Source: Clostridiales bacterium
GTDB lineage: Bacteria > Bacillota > Clostridia > Christensenellales > DTU072
Direction of reading: 5' to 3'
Assembly (NCBI GenBank): GCA_012520515.1
Contig: JAAYOD010000031.1
Span: 4,327-68,326, forward strand
DNA length: 64,000 nt
The notes beneath the pieces were generated by a model. The model searched no databases. It was not told the DNA's origin and saw only the letters and a program-made list of their open reading frames with translations. Positions 55,224 to 64,000 of this stretch are shown in pieces (position 1 is the stretch's first letter; every line of letters begins with the position of its first letter). The position numbers were made by a program, and so were the translations under genes.

Positions 55224-57962
55224 TTAGTCTAATAACGCCATATCACGATATCTACCACCATCGTCAATTCTTGTCAAAGCATTTTGGAACTTGTTAGCGT
55301 CTATAACTCTACCTTTTTCCATTAGCGTTCTGATAAACTCCACAAGCATTAGACAAATATTGTGCTTAAGAGTAATTCTAGTTTCTTTAAATTCAGCATT
55401 GACAAGCTCTGGCGCAAAACCATCGCCATACATTTCCACAATATCAAGCATTAGATTAATTTTTTCCGATAACATAACTTCGGAATTAAATCGGTCAATG
55501 TAGTTTTGATATTTTGTATAATCAAACTCACAGTTTGATATTGTTAGAAAATATTTGCCATTTTTATAGCTAAGTTTGTGCTTTATGTTATACTGCGATA
55601 GCGTTCTTCTAATGATATTATTAGTGGTTTTGAGATTGTTTATTGCGCTTTCATAAATATATTCGCCCCAAAGCAATGAAAAGATTTTGTTACGGTCAAT
55701 GCCTTGCGCTCCCTTAAAAATATACAGTAAGAAAAGCTCTCTGGCTTTTTTGGTTTTCCATTGAATCTCTTCTCCGTTGACAGTAACAGATACTGAACTC
55801 ATAACTTGGGCTTTAACTTTTACTGTATGTTCCAATTTTATAGCCTTGTTCTTTATAGCGGTTATAATCTTCTCTATGTAAGGTGTAGTAAGATTGCGCT
55901 CTGTTGCAAATTTAATTATGTTAGAAGTCAAGTCATCATAGTCAATGAGTGTCATATCCATTGCGTACTGCTCTGCCGTATAGAAAAATTTGGACACAAT
56001 CTGTTTCATTTCTTGATTGTTCTCATCTTCTAAGGCATAATTTATAGCCACCCCTGAAGCGATGAGCCACATTTCGTTGCGCGCATTGCCTTTAAGGGCT
56101 TTCATAGAATAATACAACGCTTCTTCCTTGCGACGATTTTTCCAGTACCAATACGCTACGCCACTATAGAGCATAACTGCATACTTTGGATTGCTTTGTT
56201 CACACAACTTTGCGTATATAAGCGCAATGTCTTTTGCACACTCATTTTTGGGAAAACGCGCATAGCAGAGCGCTCTTAAAGAGATGGCATAGTACTTTAT
56301 AAAATCGCAAGAGTCTTCGCATCTTATTGCTTTTTCTATGTTGGTTATGGCTTCTTTTTCCATATTCCAAAAAGAATATACTCTAAAAAGCAAACAATAT
56401 ATACTAGCTACATCGGTGGTAATTTTGTACTCTTTGGCCTTGCGTAAAGCCGATAGCGCTACTTTTTCGGCATACGCTAAGTCATTCATATAATAAAAAT
56501 ACTGCAAAAGTTTATGTTGTACTAAATAATATGGCACAATATCCTTTATCTTTTTAACCATAGCTATGGCTTTTCTATAATTACCTAAATCAAAAAAAGC
56601 TTCGCTAAGACTTTGCAACATCTTTAAATACAGATGTGACTGGGAAAAATCGTGACTTTGCATTATCTTTTCGCATATTTTCAAATGCTCAATCTTTACC
56701 TTTTGTTGAGTGCTATGCATAAGCTGAGGTATACAGCATACCACACAATCATATTTTTTAAGACTGTCGTATGAATAACCTTCGGCAAACATAAATCGGA
56801 TAAAATCAACGGCTTTTTCTTGTTCTCCCATTTTAGTTAGTATCTTAATCTTTAGAAAACTGCATTTTTTTAATGTTTCTTCCGATACTTTTCCACTTGC
56901 CATTAGCATTTCTAGTTTTTCTAGCGCTTGGGTATATCTCTTTTGCCCATAATCACAAAAAATAGAATATGTAAAACAATCGGGATACTCAAGACTAATA
57001 TATTTAGCATCTATTGAATTGCATTTGTATCTTGCCATTTCAATTACCTGATAGATAAGCCCCCAATCAGGTTCAATATAAGCTAGTGATTTTCTAATAA
57101 AATCTATGTTGTTAAGGTCTATACCGTATTTTAACGCGTTTATATGCTTACCTTGTTCTGTTAGGTAATTATAATACAAATTTTCAAGCCTATCGGTAAA
57201 TATGCTCTCCCCTAGACTTTTTGATTTTTCTGTCGCCCACTTATGAAAAACACGGCTTATCTTAAAACAGCATTGATTTTTGCTTACAACAAGGCTTTTA
57301 TGCTTTATAGAACAGTACCTTAATACTGCTATGCCTTTTTGGTAAATGCTTTGGGCAAAGTCTGTTGGTACTTCTTCTAACTCACTTATATACGCTAAAA
57401 AATGTATATCGTCAGGTGTCAAGTCTTTAGTGTCAAGCTCTATCTCTTCAGCATCATTACTTTTGCCTAGAGCAAACTCATCTACTATTCTAGGCACAGA
57501 CTCTTCTAACTTACTGTAATCTAAATTTATAAGTTTTTCGCTTATAAAAATAAGTTTTAAGTTTTTGGGACAATTGGTAATAAGAAGCTCTATTAAAGAA
57601 AAATCAAAATTTTTTGGCAGTGTTTCCAGATGGTCAAATACAAACAAGCAATCCCCTTGCTTTTTTTTGATTTCATCTAGCATAACTTTCAAAATAATGT
57701 TATCAACTTTATCGTTTTCGCAGAATTTTAGCTGTAAAAACTTAAAAATTGTATCTTCGTCTGGGAAAACTTTCCTTGCCACTTCTAAAGCAAAGGAAGA
57801 GGGATTATCTAGCTTTGCGTTATACCAATATGCAGTTGGATATCTATTGCTTAATTCGCTTAAAAAGGAAGTATGTTCACAATCGGAAGATGATAGCACA
57901 ATTATCGAAGATGACGCATTTGCCATTATCTCATTGATTACCCGATAGTTTCTATTTTCCAT
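55224..57962 (-). CDS. large regulator: degenerate STAND-like N-domain + TPR-like helical repeats + C-terminal SARP module (winged helix + BTAD)
   Basis: The C-terminus has VSVTVNGEEIQWKTKKARELFLLYIFKGAQGIDRNKIFSLLWGE...NNLKTTNNIIRRTL...GKYFL followed by a BTAD-like helical region. The central ~450 aa has a Tyr/Ala-rich helical repeat pattern. The N-terminus has a Walker-B-like LFVFDHLE but no GxxxxGK[ST]. Confidence 0.6.
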   Translation of the reverse strand: MENRNYRVINEIMANASSSIIVLSSSDCEHTSFLSELSNRYPTAYWYNAKLDNPSSFALEVARKVFPDEDTIFKFLQLKFCENDKVDNIILKVMLDEIKKKQGDCLFVFDHLETLPKNFDFSLIELLITNCPKNLKLIFISEKLINLDYSKLEESVPRIVDEFALGKSNDAEEIELDTKDLTPDDIHFLAYISELEEVPTDFAQSIYQKGIAVLRYCSIKHKSLVVSKNQCCFKISRVFHKWATEKSKSLGESIFTDRLENLYYNYLTEQGKHINALKYGIDLNNIDFIRKSLAYIEPDWGLIYQVIEMARYKCNSIDAKYISLEYPDCFTYSIFCDYGQKRYTQALEKLEMLMASGKVSEETLKKCSFLKIKILTKMGEQEKAVDFIRFMFAEGYSYDSLKKYDCVVCCIPQLMHSTQQKVKIEHLKICEKIMQSHDFSQSHLYLKMLQSLSEAFFDLGNYRKAIAMVKKIKDIVPYYLVQHKLLQYFYYMNDLAYAEKVALSALRKAKEYKITTDVASIYCLLFRVYSFWNMEKEAITNIEKAIRCEDSCDFIKYYAISLRALCYARFPKNECAKDIALIYAKLCEQSNPKYAVMLYSGVAYWYWKNRRKEEALYYSMKALKGNARNEMWLIASGVAINYALEDENNQEMKQIVSKFFYTAEQYAMDMTLIDYDDLTSNIIKFATERNLTTPYIEKIITAIKNKAIKLEHTVKVKAQVMSSVSVTVNGEEIQWKTKKARELFLLYIFKGAQGIDRNKIFSLLWGEYIYESAINNLKTTNNIIRRTLSQYNIKHKLSYKNGKYFLTISNCEFDYTKYQNYIDRFNSEVMLSEKINLMLDIVEMYGDGFAPELVNAEFKETRITLKHNICLMLVEFIRTLMEKGRVIDANKFQNALTRIDDGGRYRDMALLD

Positions 57963-58152
57963 ATAATTTCTCCTATGTTTTAACTAAACAAAGCTCTTTG
58001 ATTAGTTTTTAAACTCTCTATTTATTGCATAAAAACAAATATAAATATGTTGAGCTTTCCTTTAATTATTTTATTATACATTAATTAATAAAAGATTTCA
58101 ATATATAAGGTGTTTCTTGTTATTACTTATAATACAACAACTATTAATTCCG

Positions 58153-58181
58153 TTGACACATAAAACTTATTTTGCTAGTAT
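58153..58181 (+). promoter_or_regulatory. sigma-A type promoter for asd (TTGACA-N17-TGcTAGTAT)
   Basis: TTGACA at 58153-58158, a 17-nt spacer ending in TGC, and TAGTAT at 58176-58181. Confidence 0.55.
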
Positions 58182-58223
58182 TATTTATATTATAAGTGAA
58201 ACAAACCTTCAAAGGAGAATTAT

Positions 58224-59222
58224 ATGAAAAAATACAATATAGCCATTGTTGGCGCAACGGGAATGGTAGGAAACAAGTTTTTAGAAGTTTTGACGGAAAG
58301 ACAACTACCTGTTGAAAACTATTATCTATACGCTAGCGCAAGGAGTGCAGGAAGTGTTATTAATTTTATGGGGAAAGATCATACCGTAATTGAACTTAAA
58401 AAAGAAAATATTACTAATAAGAAAATAGATTTTGCTCTTTTAAGCGCAGGCGGAGGCACATCTCGTGACTTTGCGCCTATTTTTGCAAAGCATGGCGCAA
58501 TTGTTGTGGACAATTCTAGCTATTGGCGCATGAATCCTAATGTTCCGTTAGTTGTGCCTGAAGTAAACGCTAGTGACGCATTAAAACACAATAATATTAT
58601 TGCAAATCCCAACTGTTCTACTACTCAAGCTGTTGTTGCATTAAAGCCTTTATATGAAAAGTATGGCATAAAAAGGGTTATTTACAGCACTTATCAAGCA
58701 GTTAGCGGCGCAGGTGTAGCTGGATATAATGACTTGGTAAATCAAGCAAAAGAAGGCGAAACTAAAAAGTTTGCTTATCCTATATTTAATAACCTTATCC
58801 CCCAAATCGATGATTTCTTGCCTTCAGGGTACACCAAGGAAGAGCAAAAAATGATTGACGAAACCAAAAAGATTTTTAACAACTACAATATAAAAGTAAC
58901 GGCAACAACAGTGCGTGTGCCTGTTGTGCATGGTCATAGCGAATCAATTAATATTGAGTTTGAAAAACCTTGTACGCTGGAAGGTATCAAAGAAGCTTTA
59001 GCTAACACCAAAGGAATTGTTGTTATCGACGATATTCAAAACTGCAAGTATCCAATGCCAATTTATGCCGAAGATAAAGATGAAGTTTTTGTAGGCAGAA
59101 TAAGATTAGATGATACCATTGAGTCAGGGTGCAACATTTGGGTTGTGGCAGACAACATTCGTAAAGGCGCTGCAACAAATGCTGTACAAATTGTCGAATA
59201 CCTAATTTCGCAAGATAAGTAA
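58224..59222 (+). CDS. asd: aspartate-semialdehyde dehydrogenase
   Basis: IAIVGATGMVG N-terminus, the active-site NPNCSTTQ, and ADNIRKGAATNAVQI near the C-terminus. Confidence 0.95.
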   Translation: MKKYNIAIVGATGMVGNKFLEVLTERQLPVENYYLYASARSAGSVINFMGKDHTVIELKKENITNKKIDFALLSAGGGTSRDFAPIFAKHGAIVVDNSSYWRMNPNVPLVVPEVNASDALKHNNIIANPNCSTTQAVVALKPLYEKYGIKRVIYSTYQAVSGAGVAGYNDLVNQAKEGETKKFAYPIFNNLIPQIDDFLPSGYTKEEQKMIDETKKIFNNYNIKVTATTVRVPVVHGHSESINIEFEKPCTLEGIKEALANTKGIVVIDDIQNCKYPMPIYAEDKDEVFVGRIRLDDTIESGCNIWVVADNIRKGAATNAVQIVEYLISQDK

Positions 59223-59244
59223 TATAATAATTGCAAACAAAAAT

Positions 59245-59277
59245 AAAAACAGTAGGATTATGTCCTGCTGTTTTTTT
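59245..59277. terminator. bidirectional rho-independent terminator between asd (+) and the lipoprotein/proS operon (-)
   Basis: Stem acagtagga (59249-59257) pairs with tcctgctgt (59262-59270), with one G-U pair. An A-run lies upstream and a T7 run downstream. Confidence 0.75.
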
Positions 59278-59295
59278 GTAAAAATTTTTTCGTTA

Positions 59296-60948
59296 TTACT
59301 CAGGCTGTGACTCTTTGCGAGTAAAGGTATATAGCGGTTCAGCTTGCGCCATACGCTCTATGGCATTTACAATAAGCTGGTTGCCATCTTCCATCATACT
59401 TAAAAATTTATCTTCAAAAACAAAATTTGCTATTGTGTCATCTTCGGTAAGGAAGCTTAAAAACTCACCAAGCTTATATTCTGAGCTAAATATATCTTCT
59501 TCAAAGAGTGAATTTACATAGTTTAACATAGGTTGATAATTAAACCAAATATCTTCAAATAGTTTTTTGTTAATGTTAAATAAGAAACCGCTGGTGTCCA
59601 TTTTTAGTACGCCTAGCACATAAGATATGGTGTCAAACAAATTAAATGAGCCGTTGCTTTCCACACCGTTAAAGTTATTTTTATATACAGAGTCTGCCAA
59701 TTCACTTATATCCATTTCACCTTTAGTTGTGCAAACAAGTTCATTAGCTATTGTGTCAAAAGTGTAGAAGTGTTTGTCATAAAAATATAAGACTTCTTCT
59801 AAATTGCTTGTATTTTTGTCGTAAAACTCTAAGAGCAAGAAATTGTTATTGGAGTCTTCTTGGAAAATCTTTGCCGCAAGCACCATTTGATAATCCTTAA
59901 AATTATTTCCATCTAGCATTTTACGCACATCTAGAGCCAGCTTGAAAGAATAATCCCCCCTTAAATAATCAATAAACTTGCTTTGCTTTTCTTCAGAATT
60001 AACAAAGTCGATGGAAATATTGCTTTTTGATGTGGAAAACTTTACAAGCTCTATATCAAGATTTATATCTTCACCTTTAAATAGGGTGTTAGCGTATTCG
60101 CCTGACTGGTCTATATGGATATTAGAGCTAAAAGCGCTTAGCTTGTTGTTTGAAATGGTAAAATCAATATCAAGCTGTGACTCTGGCACATTGCCGGCTT
60201 CAATATGTTTTACGCTAAGTCCAAGCACATTGGCAAAAATTTTGTTAATTTTAGAGATAAGGTCGACATCGCCTTGATTGTTAATTAGATGAATTTGCAC
60301 CTTGCTCAAAGTGCCTGCAAGGTCTAAGCTAAAGTTATAATTATATTCTTCAATAAGACCGTTAAGCCTAGTTTTCCCATTGATTTTGTCATCTTTCACT
60401 GCTAGCACCATATGCAAAAGCATTGACACACGATTTATCATTTGAGAATTGTCAAGCGCCATATTAAATGGGAATGCGTTTTCCCAGCGCTCACTTGGCA
60501 TATTAAACTTAAACTTGGTGTCGCCTAGCGTGATATACATCACTTCTTTACATAAATAAACTGCTATTACAACATCGTCATAGCTGTCTTCTACAGTGGT
60601 TATCTCCAAACAGAGCATTGTATTTTCTCTATTTCTATGGTCATAATTCCCTTTTAGAGTGAGCCATAAATCAGCATCATTCATAGTAAGCTTTAACTTT
60701 GCGTCTGTACCTAAAACTGGGGAACTTTCCAAATTTTTTAGCGAAAAATCAGTAGTTACATTCATAACACCTGCTAATAGCTGTTTATATACATCTGTGG
60801 GCGTTGGAGATTCTATGTTTTGCCACAAGTTTTCATCTTCATTCGGTGGGGTTGGTTTAGGGTCTTTGCCAAAAAAATCACAGCCTGACACTAATAGTGC
60901 CACAACAAATAACATTAATAGAACTGCTAATATTGGTCTTTTTTTCAT
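59296..60948 (-). CDS. lipoprotein of unknown function
   Basis: Signal peptide with lipobox LLVSGC, then a Pro-rich linker and ~520 aa with no motif I recognise. It lies 22 nt downstream of proS. Confidence 0.6.
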   Translation of the reverse strand: MKKRPILAVLLMLFVVALLVSGCDFFGKDPKPTPPNEDENLWQNIESPTPTDVYKQLLAGVMNVTTDFSLKNLESSPVLGTDAKLKLTMNDADLWLTLKGNYDHRNRENTMLCLEITTVEDSYDDVVIAVYLCKEVMYITLGDTKFKFNMPSERWENAFPFNMALDNSQMINRVSMLLHMVLAVKDDKINGKTRLNGLIEEYNYNFSLDLAGTLSKVQIHLINNQGDVDLISKINKIFANVLGLSVKHIEAGNVPESQLDIDFTISNNKLSAFSSNIHIDQSGEYANTLFKGEDINLDIELVKFSTSKSNISIDFVNSEEKQSKFIDYLRGDYSFKLALDVRKMLDGNNFKDYQMVLAAKIFQEDSNNNFLLLEFYDKNTSNLEEVLYFYDKHFYTFDTIANELVCTTKGEMDISELADSVYKNNFNGVESNGSFNLFDTISYVLGVLKMDTSGFLFNINKKLFEDIWFNYQPMLNYVNSLFEEDIFSSEYKLGEFLSFLTEDDTIANFVFEDKFLSMMEDGNQLIVNAIERMAQAEPLYTFTRKESQPE

Positions 60949-60970
60949 TTTTAACCTTCTTGCGAGGTTA

Positions 60971-62674
60971 TTATTTGCCCATTATCTCCTTTAATTTACC
61001 TATAGCATCCTCGCATTTATAATTTTCTTTTAAAGTTTTATCCCTTAGCTGTATTTCTACTTCTCCATTAGCTAGCGACCTAGGACTTACCACTACTCTA
61101 ATTGGTATTCCCATAAGGTCACAATCTGAAAATTTAACTCCAGGCGATGTATCTCTATCGTCAAAAATTACTTCTATACCGTTTTTTATCATTTGGGCAT
61201 ACAATTCATTTGCCTTTTGATAAACTTCACTGTTATCCATTCTTATACCGCACAAATACACTTGCCACGGCGCTATTGCCATAGGCCAAATTAGACCGTC
61301 TTTATCGTGACTTTCTTGCGCAACTGACGCAAGCGCTCTGCCTATGCCTATACCATAGCATCCCATAATAGGGTGAAATGGTTTGCCGTCAGAACCAAGT
61401 ACTGTCATATTCATAGATTCTGTGTACTTTGTGCCAAGTTGGAATATATTACCTACTTCTATACCGTTTTCTACATCAAGCGGCGCATTGCATATAGGGC
61501 ACATTTCGCCTTTGGCTACTTTGGCGATATCTACAAATTCTATATCCTTAAAGTCCCTTGCCATATCAATACCTGTTAGGTGGTATTCTGCTTTGTTTGC
61601 GCCAGTTACAAGGTTGTTTTGGTTTTCAAGCGACTTATCAAATAATATAATAGTATTAGTTACATTTAAATTATATGCTCCTATGTTGCCTGCTTGCAAC
61701 TCTTGAGACGCATTTAGATTGGCAGGAGCTATATCTTTTTGCACAGCTCTTTTCAGCTTTGCTTCATTTATCTCTAAGTCGCCCCTAATAAAGCATAAAA
61801 CAAGTTCTTCACTGCCTTTTACGCAGTAGCAAACAGCTTTCATAGTTTTGCTTTCGCTAACGCCAAGTCTTTTAGCTACAGCGGCAATATCGGTAGCTTC
61901 TGCTGTGTAAACTTCTTTTATTTCTTCGCTTATTTCATCTCTTTTAGAAATTCTGTTGCTTACAGCTACTTCCATATTAGCTTTATAGTCGCATTTAGGA
62001 CAAATAACAATAGCGTCTTCGCCAACATCGGTAAGTAGCATATATTCATGCGCAACACTTCCGCCCATCATACCAGTGTCAGACTTGACAGCAACCACTC
62101 TTTTCATGCCCATTCTGTTAAAGATATTGATATAAGCGTCATAAACTTTGGCATAATACTTTTCCAAATCATCATTGTCTATATGGAATGAGTAGGCGTC
62201 TTTCATAATAAACTCTCTCACTCTTATCAGACCGCCGCGACATCTTGCTTCATCGCGGAATTTGGTTTGGAACTGGTACACCATAACTGGTAGCTGCTGA
62301 TAGCTGTTTACGGCATCTCTAACAAAATGCACCGCCGCTTCTTCATGAGTCATGCCAAGCACAAGGTCGCGGCCTGTTCTGTCCTTAAAACGCACCATTT
62401 CACTTCCAATGGAAGTATATCTGCCGCTTTGTTCCCACAACTCTCTAGGCATGACAACGGGGAAAGATGCTTCTTGTCCCCCAATTGCGTCCATTTCATC
62501 CCTAATAATTTTTTCTATCTTTTGGCATATTCTTTTAGCTGGTGTAGCTAGTGACCATATGCCGTTGCTTACTAACTTAATAAAGCCTGCTCTCACCAAA
62601 AGCGCATGGCTTGCAATCATTGCATCGGAGGGATTTTCTTTAGTCCTTTCTCCGATTAGTTTTGACATTAACAT
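60971..62674 (-). CDS. proS: prolyl-tRNA synthetase (bacterial type with editing INS domain)
   Basis: SHALLVRAGFI, class II motifs (FRDE..RCRGGLIRVREFIMKD, GCYGIGIGR) and ~570 aa. Confidence 0.95.
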   Translation of the reverse strand: MLMSKLIGERTKENPSDAMIASHALLVRAGFIKLVSNGIWSLATPAKRICQKIEKIIRDEMDAIGGQEASFPVVMPRELWEQSGRYTSIGSEMVRFKDRTGRDLVLGMTHEEAAVHFVRDAVNSYQQLPVMVYQFQTKFRDEARCRGGLIRVREFIMKDAYSFHIDNDDLEKYYAKVYDAYINIFNRMGMKRVVAVKSDTGMMGGSVAHEYMLLTDVGEDAIVICPKCDYKANMEVAVSNRISKRDEISEEIKEVYTAEATDIAAVAKRLGVSESKTMKAVCYCVKGSEELVLCFIRGDLEINEAKLKRAVQKDIAPANLNASQELQAGNIGAYNLNVTNTIILFDKSLENQNNLVTGANKAEYHLTGIDMARDFKDIEFVDIAKVAKGEMCPICNAPLDVENGIEVGNIFQLGTKYTESMNMTVLGSDGKPFHPIMGCYGIGIGRALASVAQESHDKDGLIWPMAIAPWQVYLCGIRMDNSEVYQKANELYAQMIKNGIEVIFDDRDTSPGVKFSDCDLMGIPIRVVVSPRSLANGEVEIQLRDKTLKENYKCEDAIGKLKEIMGK

Positions 62675-62701
62675 ATATCTATCGTCCTTAATAGTTTCAA
62701 G

Positions 62702-63082
62702 TTATTTTTTTGCTTTTACCACAAGCTCCCATTCTCCTAAAAAGAATCTGTTATCCTCTCTGTTGTCATCAACTAAAAAGAATACATTAACTTTATAAGT
62801 GCCAGGCGTGGTAAATTTATTTTCGTCGTCAAGCTTTAGACTCTCTTTGTCATGGCCTGAGAAAAACAAATTATTAGTGACCTTTTTGGTGGTGTCGTCA
62901 CTCATTTTTGCCGCAATGCTTACTTTAGAAGTGTCAAATGCATCGCCTACAAAGTAATTACTTGGCTCAATCTCATAGCTTACTACGCTAAGAGCGTCTG
63001 AGTCGTTAGCGCAAGCTGTAAGCAAAGTAACGCTTAGAGCTATTGCAACAATCAATAATGCAAAAGTAGTTAGTCTTTTCAT
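62702..63082 (-). CDS. small lipoprotein with a bacterial Ig-like (Big_3-like) domain
   Basis: Lipobox LLTAC, then YFVGDAFDTSKVSIAAKMSDDTTKKVT...TPGTYKVNVFF, the pattern typical of Big_3-type Ig-like domains. Confidence 0.6.
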   Translation of the reverse strand: MKRLTTFALLIVAIALSVTLLTACANDSDALSVVSYEIEPSNYFVGDAFDTSKVSIAAKMSDDTTKKVTNNLFFSGHDKESLKLDDENKFTTPGTYKVNVFFLVDDNREDNRFFLGEWELVVKAKK

Positions 63083-63111
63083 AAATCTCCTGTATGTATC
63101 TAGTTAAAATA

Positions 63112-63140
63112 ATTATATAATATACACTTTTTTTTGTCAA
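63112..63140 (-). promoter_or_regulatory. consensus sigma-A promoter (TTGACA-N17-TATAAT) for the lipoprotein-proS-lipoprotein operon
   Basis: Minus strand has TTGACA (63140-63135), a 17-nt spacer and TATAAT (63117-63112). Confidence 0.6.
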
Positions 63141-63152
63141 TAAACAAGTTTT

Positions 63153-64000
63153 TTAGGTGCATTTATCTATTTGTATGTCAGAAACATGCTTGACTGCGCC
63201 TACAGAGCCTACGCTTAGCGCAAGCGGTTTGCCTTTGCTTAGTCTGTTTCTGTCTATCAAAATGTCTTCGGTATTAATTGCGCTAATTTTGTCATTTTTG
63301 TCTATCATCACCACATCATAGGGCATGGTGACAGTTTGCGCAAATATTAGCTTACCTTTGCCTAAGTCAATGACCTTAACTCCTTTTCTTGCGCGTGTGC
63401 CTATTCCCATACTGCAAAGAAGTACTCGCTTAGCATATCCGCCACTACTTATAAGTACAAGTTCGCCAATGGCTTCGTCATATTCTAAGTCGCAAAGCTC
63501 GGCATAAACGACTTCTTGGTTATCGTTCAAATTAATGCCAATAACACCTGACGCTCTTCTGCCTTGCGCCGGAAATTCGTCCAAAGACGCAATTACACAC
63601 ATACCGTCGCTAGTGACAAATGTACAAGCAACTTCATCTCTTTCCACTTGGGCGTTTATAATTTCGTCGCCTTCCTTTAGTGTGCAAACAGAGTAGAAAT
63701 CTTTGTTGACAATATACTCTTTAATTGCTGTACGCTTAACCATACCTTGCTTGGTAAAAAACAGCATATCTTTTTCCATATTACTTTCGTTAATTGTCAA
63801 TGACATTATAGCTTTTTCTTGCATGGTCGCATCACTTACAAGTTTGCACAAGTCATAGCCTTCGTCATTCCAGTTATTTTCCATAATATTGTCAGGATTG
63901 AAGCGATATGCGTTGCCTAGGCTACCAAATATAATAGTTTGTTCACCTTTTTCCAAAAACTGAATTTGCTTTGCAACTTCATTTTTCCCTTCAGGTGTTT
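63153..64000 (-). CDS. type IIA topoisomerase subunit A (GyrA/ParC), C-terminal beta-pinwheel domain; gene continues past the right window edge
   Basis: Repeated blade pattern (...LFFTKQGMVKRTAIKEY..., ...FVTSDGMCVIASLDEFPAQGRRASGVIGINL..., ...LISSGGYAKRV...). The reading frame stays open upstream of the ORF-track TTG start up to position 64000. GyrA and ParC cannot be distinguished from this fragment. Confidence 0.8.
   Translation of the reverse strand, partial: TPEGKNEVAKQIQFLEKGEQTIIFGSLGNAYRFNPDNIMENNWNDEGYDLCKLVSDATMQEKAIMSLTINESNMEKDMLFFTKQGMVKRTAIKEYIVNKDFYSVCTLKEGDEIINAQVERDEVACTFVTSDGMCVIASLDEFPAQGRRASGVIGINLNDNQEVVYAELCDLEYDEAIGELVLISSGGYAKRVLLCSMGIGTRARKGVKVIDLGKGKLIFAQTVTMPYDVVMIDKNDKISAINTEDILIDRNRLSKGKPLALSVGSVGAVKHVSDIQIDKCT

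Noticed and set aside
62675-63152. Looked for a T-box riboswitch upstream of proS
   Set aside because: The intergenic spaces are only 27 nt and 70 nt, and the 70-nt one is filled by a consensus promoter and SD. There is no specifier/antiterminator-sized element.
1-64000. Whole-window scan for CRISPR arrays, IS elements or transposases, integrases, phage or defence genes, toxin-antitoxin pairs, tRNA and rRNA
   Set aside because: None seen. Every ORF above 100 aa on the coding strand is accounted for by a housekeeping, sporulation or envelope function or by a single orphan. No direct-repeat arrays or terminal inverted repeats were noticed. The strong minus-strand bias (all but rnpB, rqcH and asd) is the usual leading-strand co-orientation of Bacillota, not an island signature.

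Overview
This is an AT-rich, very gene-dense core chromosomal segment from an endospore-forming Bacillota (Clostridia-like) genome. It holds about 50 protein genes, all on the minus strand except rqcH and asd. Two structured RNA genes are invisible to the ORF track: RNase P RNA (+, ~18207-18534) and a long, Alu-containing SRP RNA (-, ~45626-45896).

Gene order along the window:
- rseP-dxr-cdsA-uppS-frr-pyrH-tsf-rpsB
- DUF1292 and ruvX
- an ABC exporter pair, then rarA
- a ~2,460-aa cyclic beta-1,2-glucan synthase-like giant
- rnpB, sigK, nrdR, ylmC
- sigG-sigE-spoIIGA-ftsZ-ftsA(divergent)-divIB-murA-ftsW-murD-mraY-murE-PBP-(FtsL-slot protein)-rsmH-mraZ, which is a dcw cluster fused to the sporulation sigma cluster
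- a metallophosphoesterase and an orphan Cys-rich protein
- engB-clpX-clpP-tig
- dnaB-orf275-pepF
- SRP RNA, hflX, spoIVA, an aminotransferase, der, a DUF512 radical SAM protein
- rqcH, a methyltransferase, a 912-aa TPR/SARP-type regulator, asd
- lipoprotein-proS-lipoprotein
- the C-terminus of a gyrA/parC-type gene

I saw no rRNA, tRNA, CRISPR array, transposase, integrase or phage genes. I did not find a convincing self-contained novel multi-gene system; the window is mostly housekeeping and sporulation core.

The items most worth a second look are:
- the glucan-synthase-like giant and the ABC exporter downstream of it in the same terminator-free string
- an orphan cysteine-rich 196-aa protein with a mother-cell-type promoter
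- an FtsA whose nucleotide-binding motifs look degenerate
- an atypical protein in the FtsL slot
- a P-loop-less STAND/TPR/SARP regulator

All family calls come from reading the translations and nucleotide motifs by eye. No database search was run.
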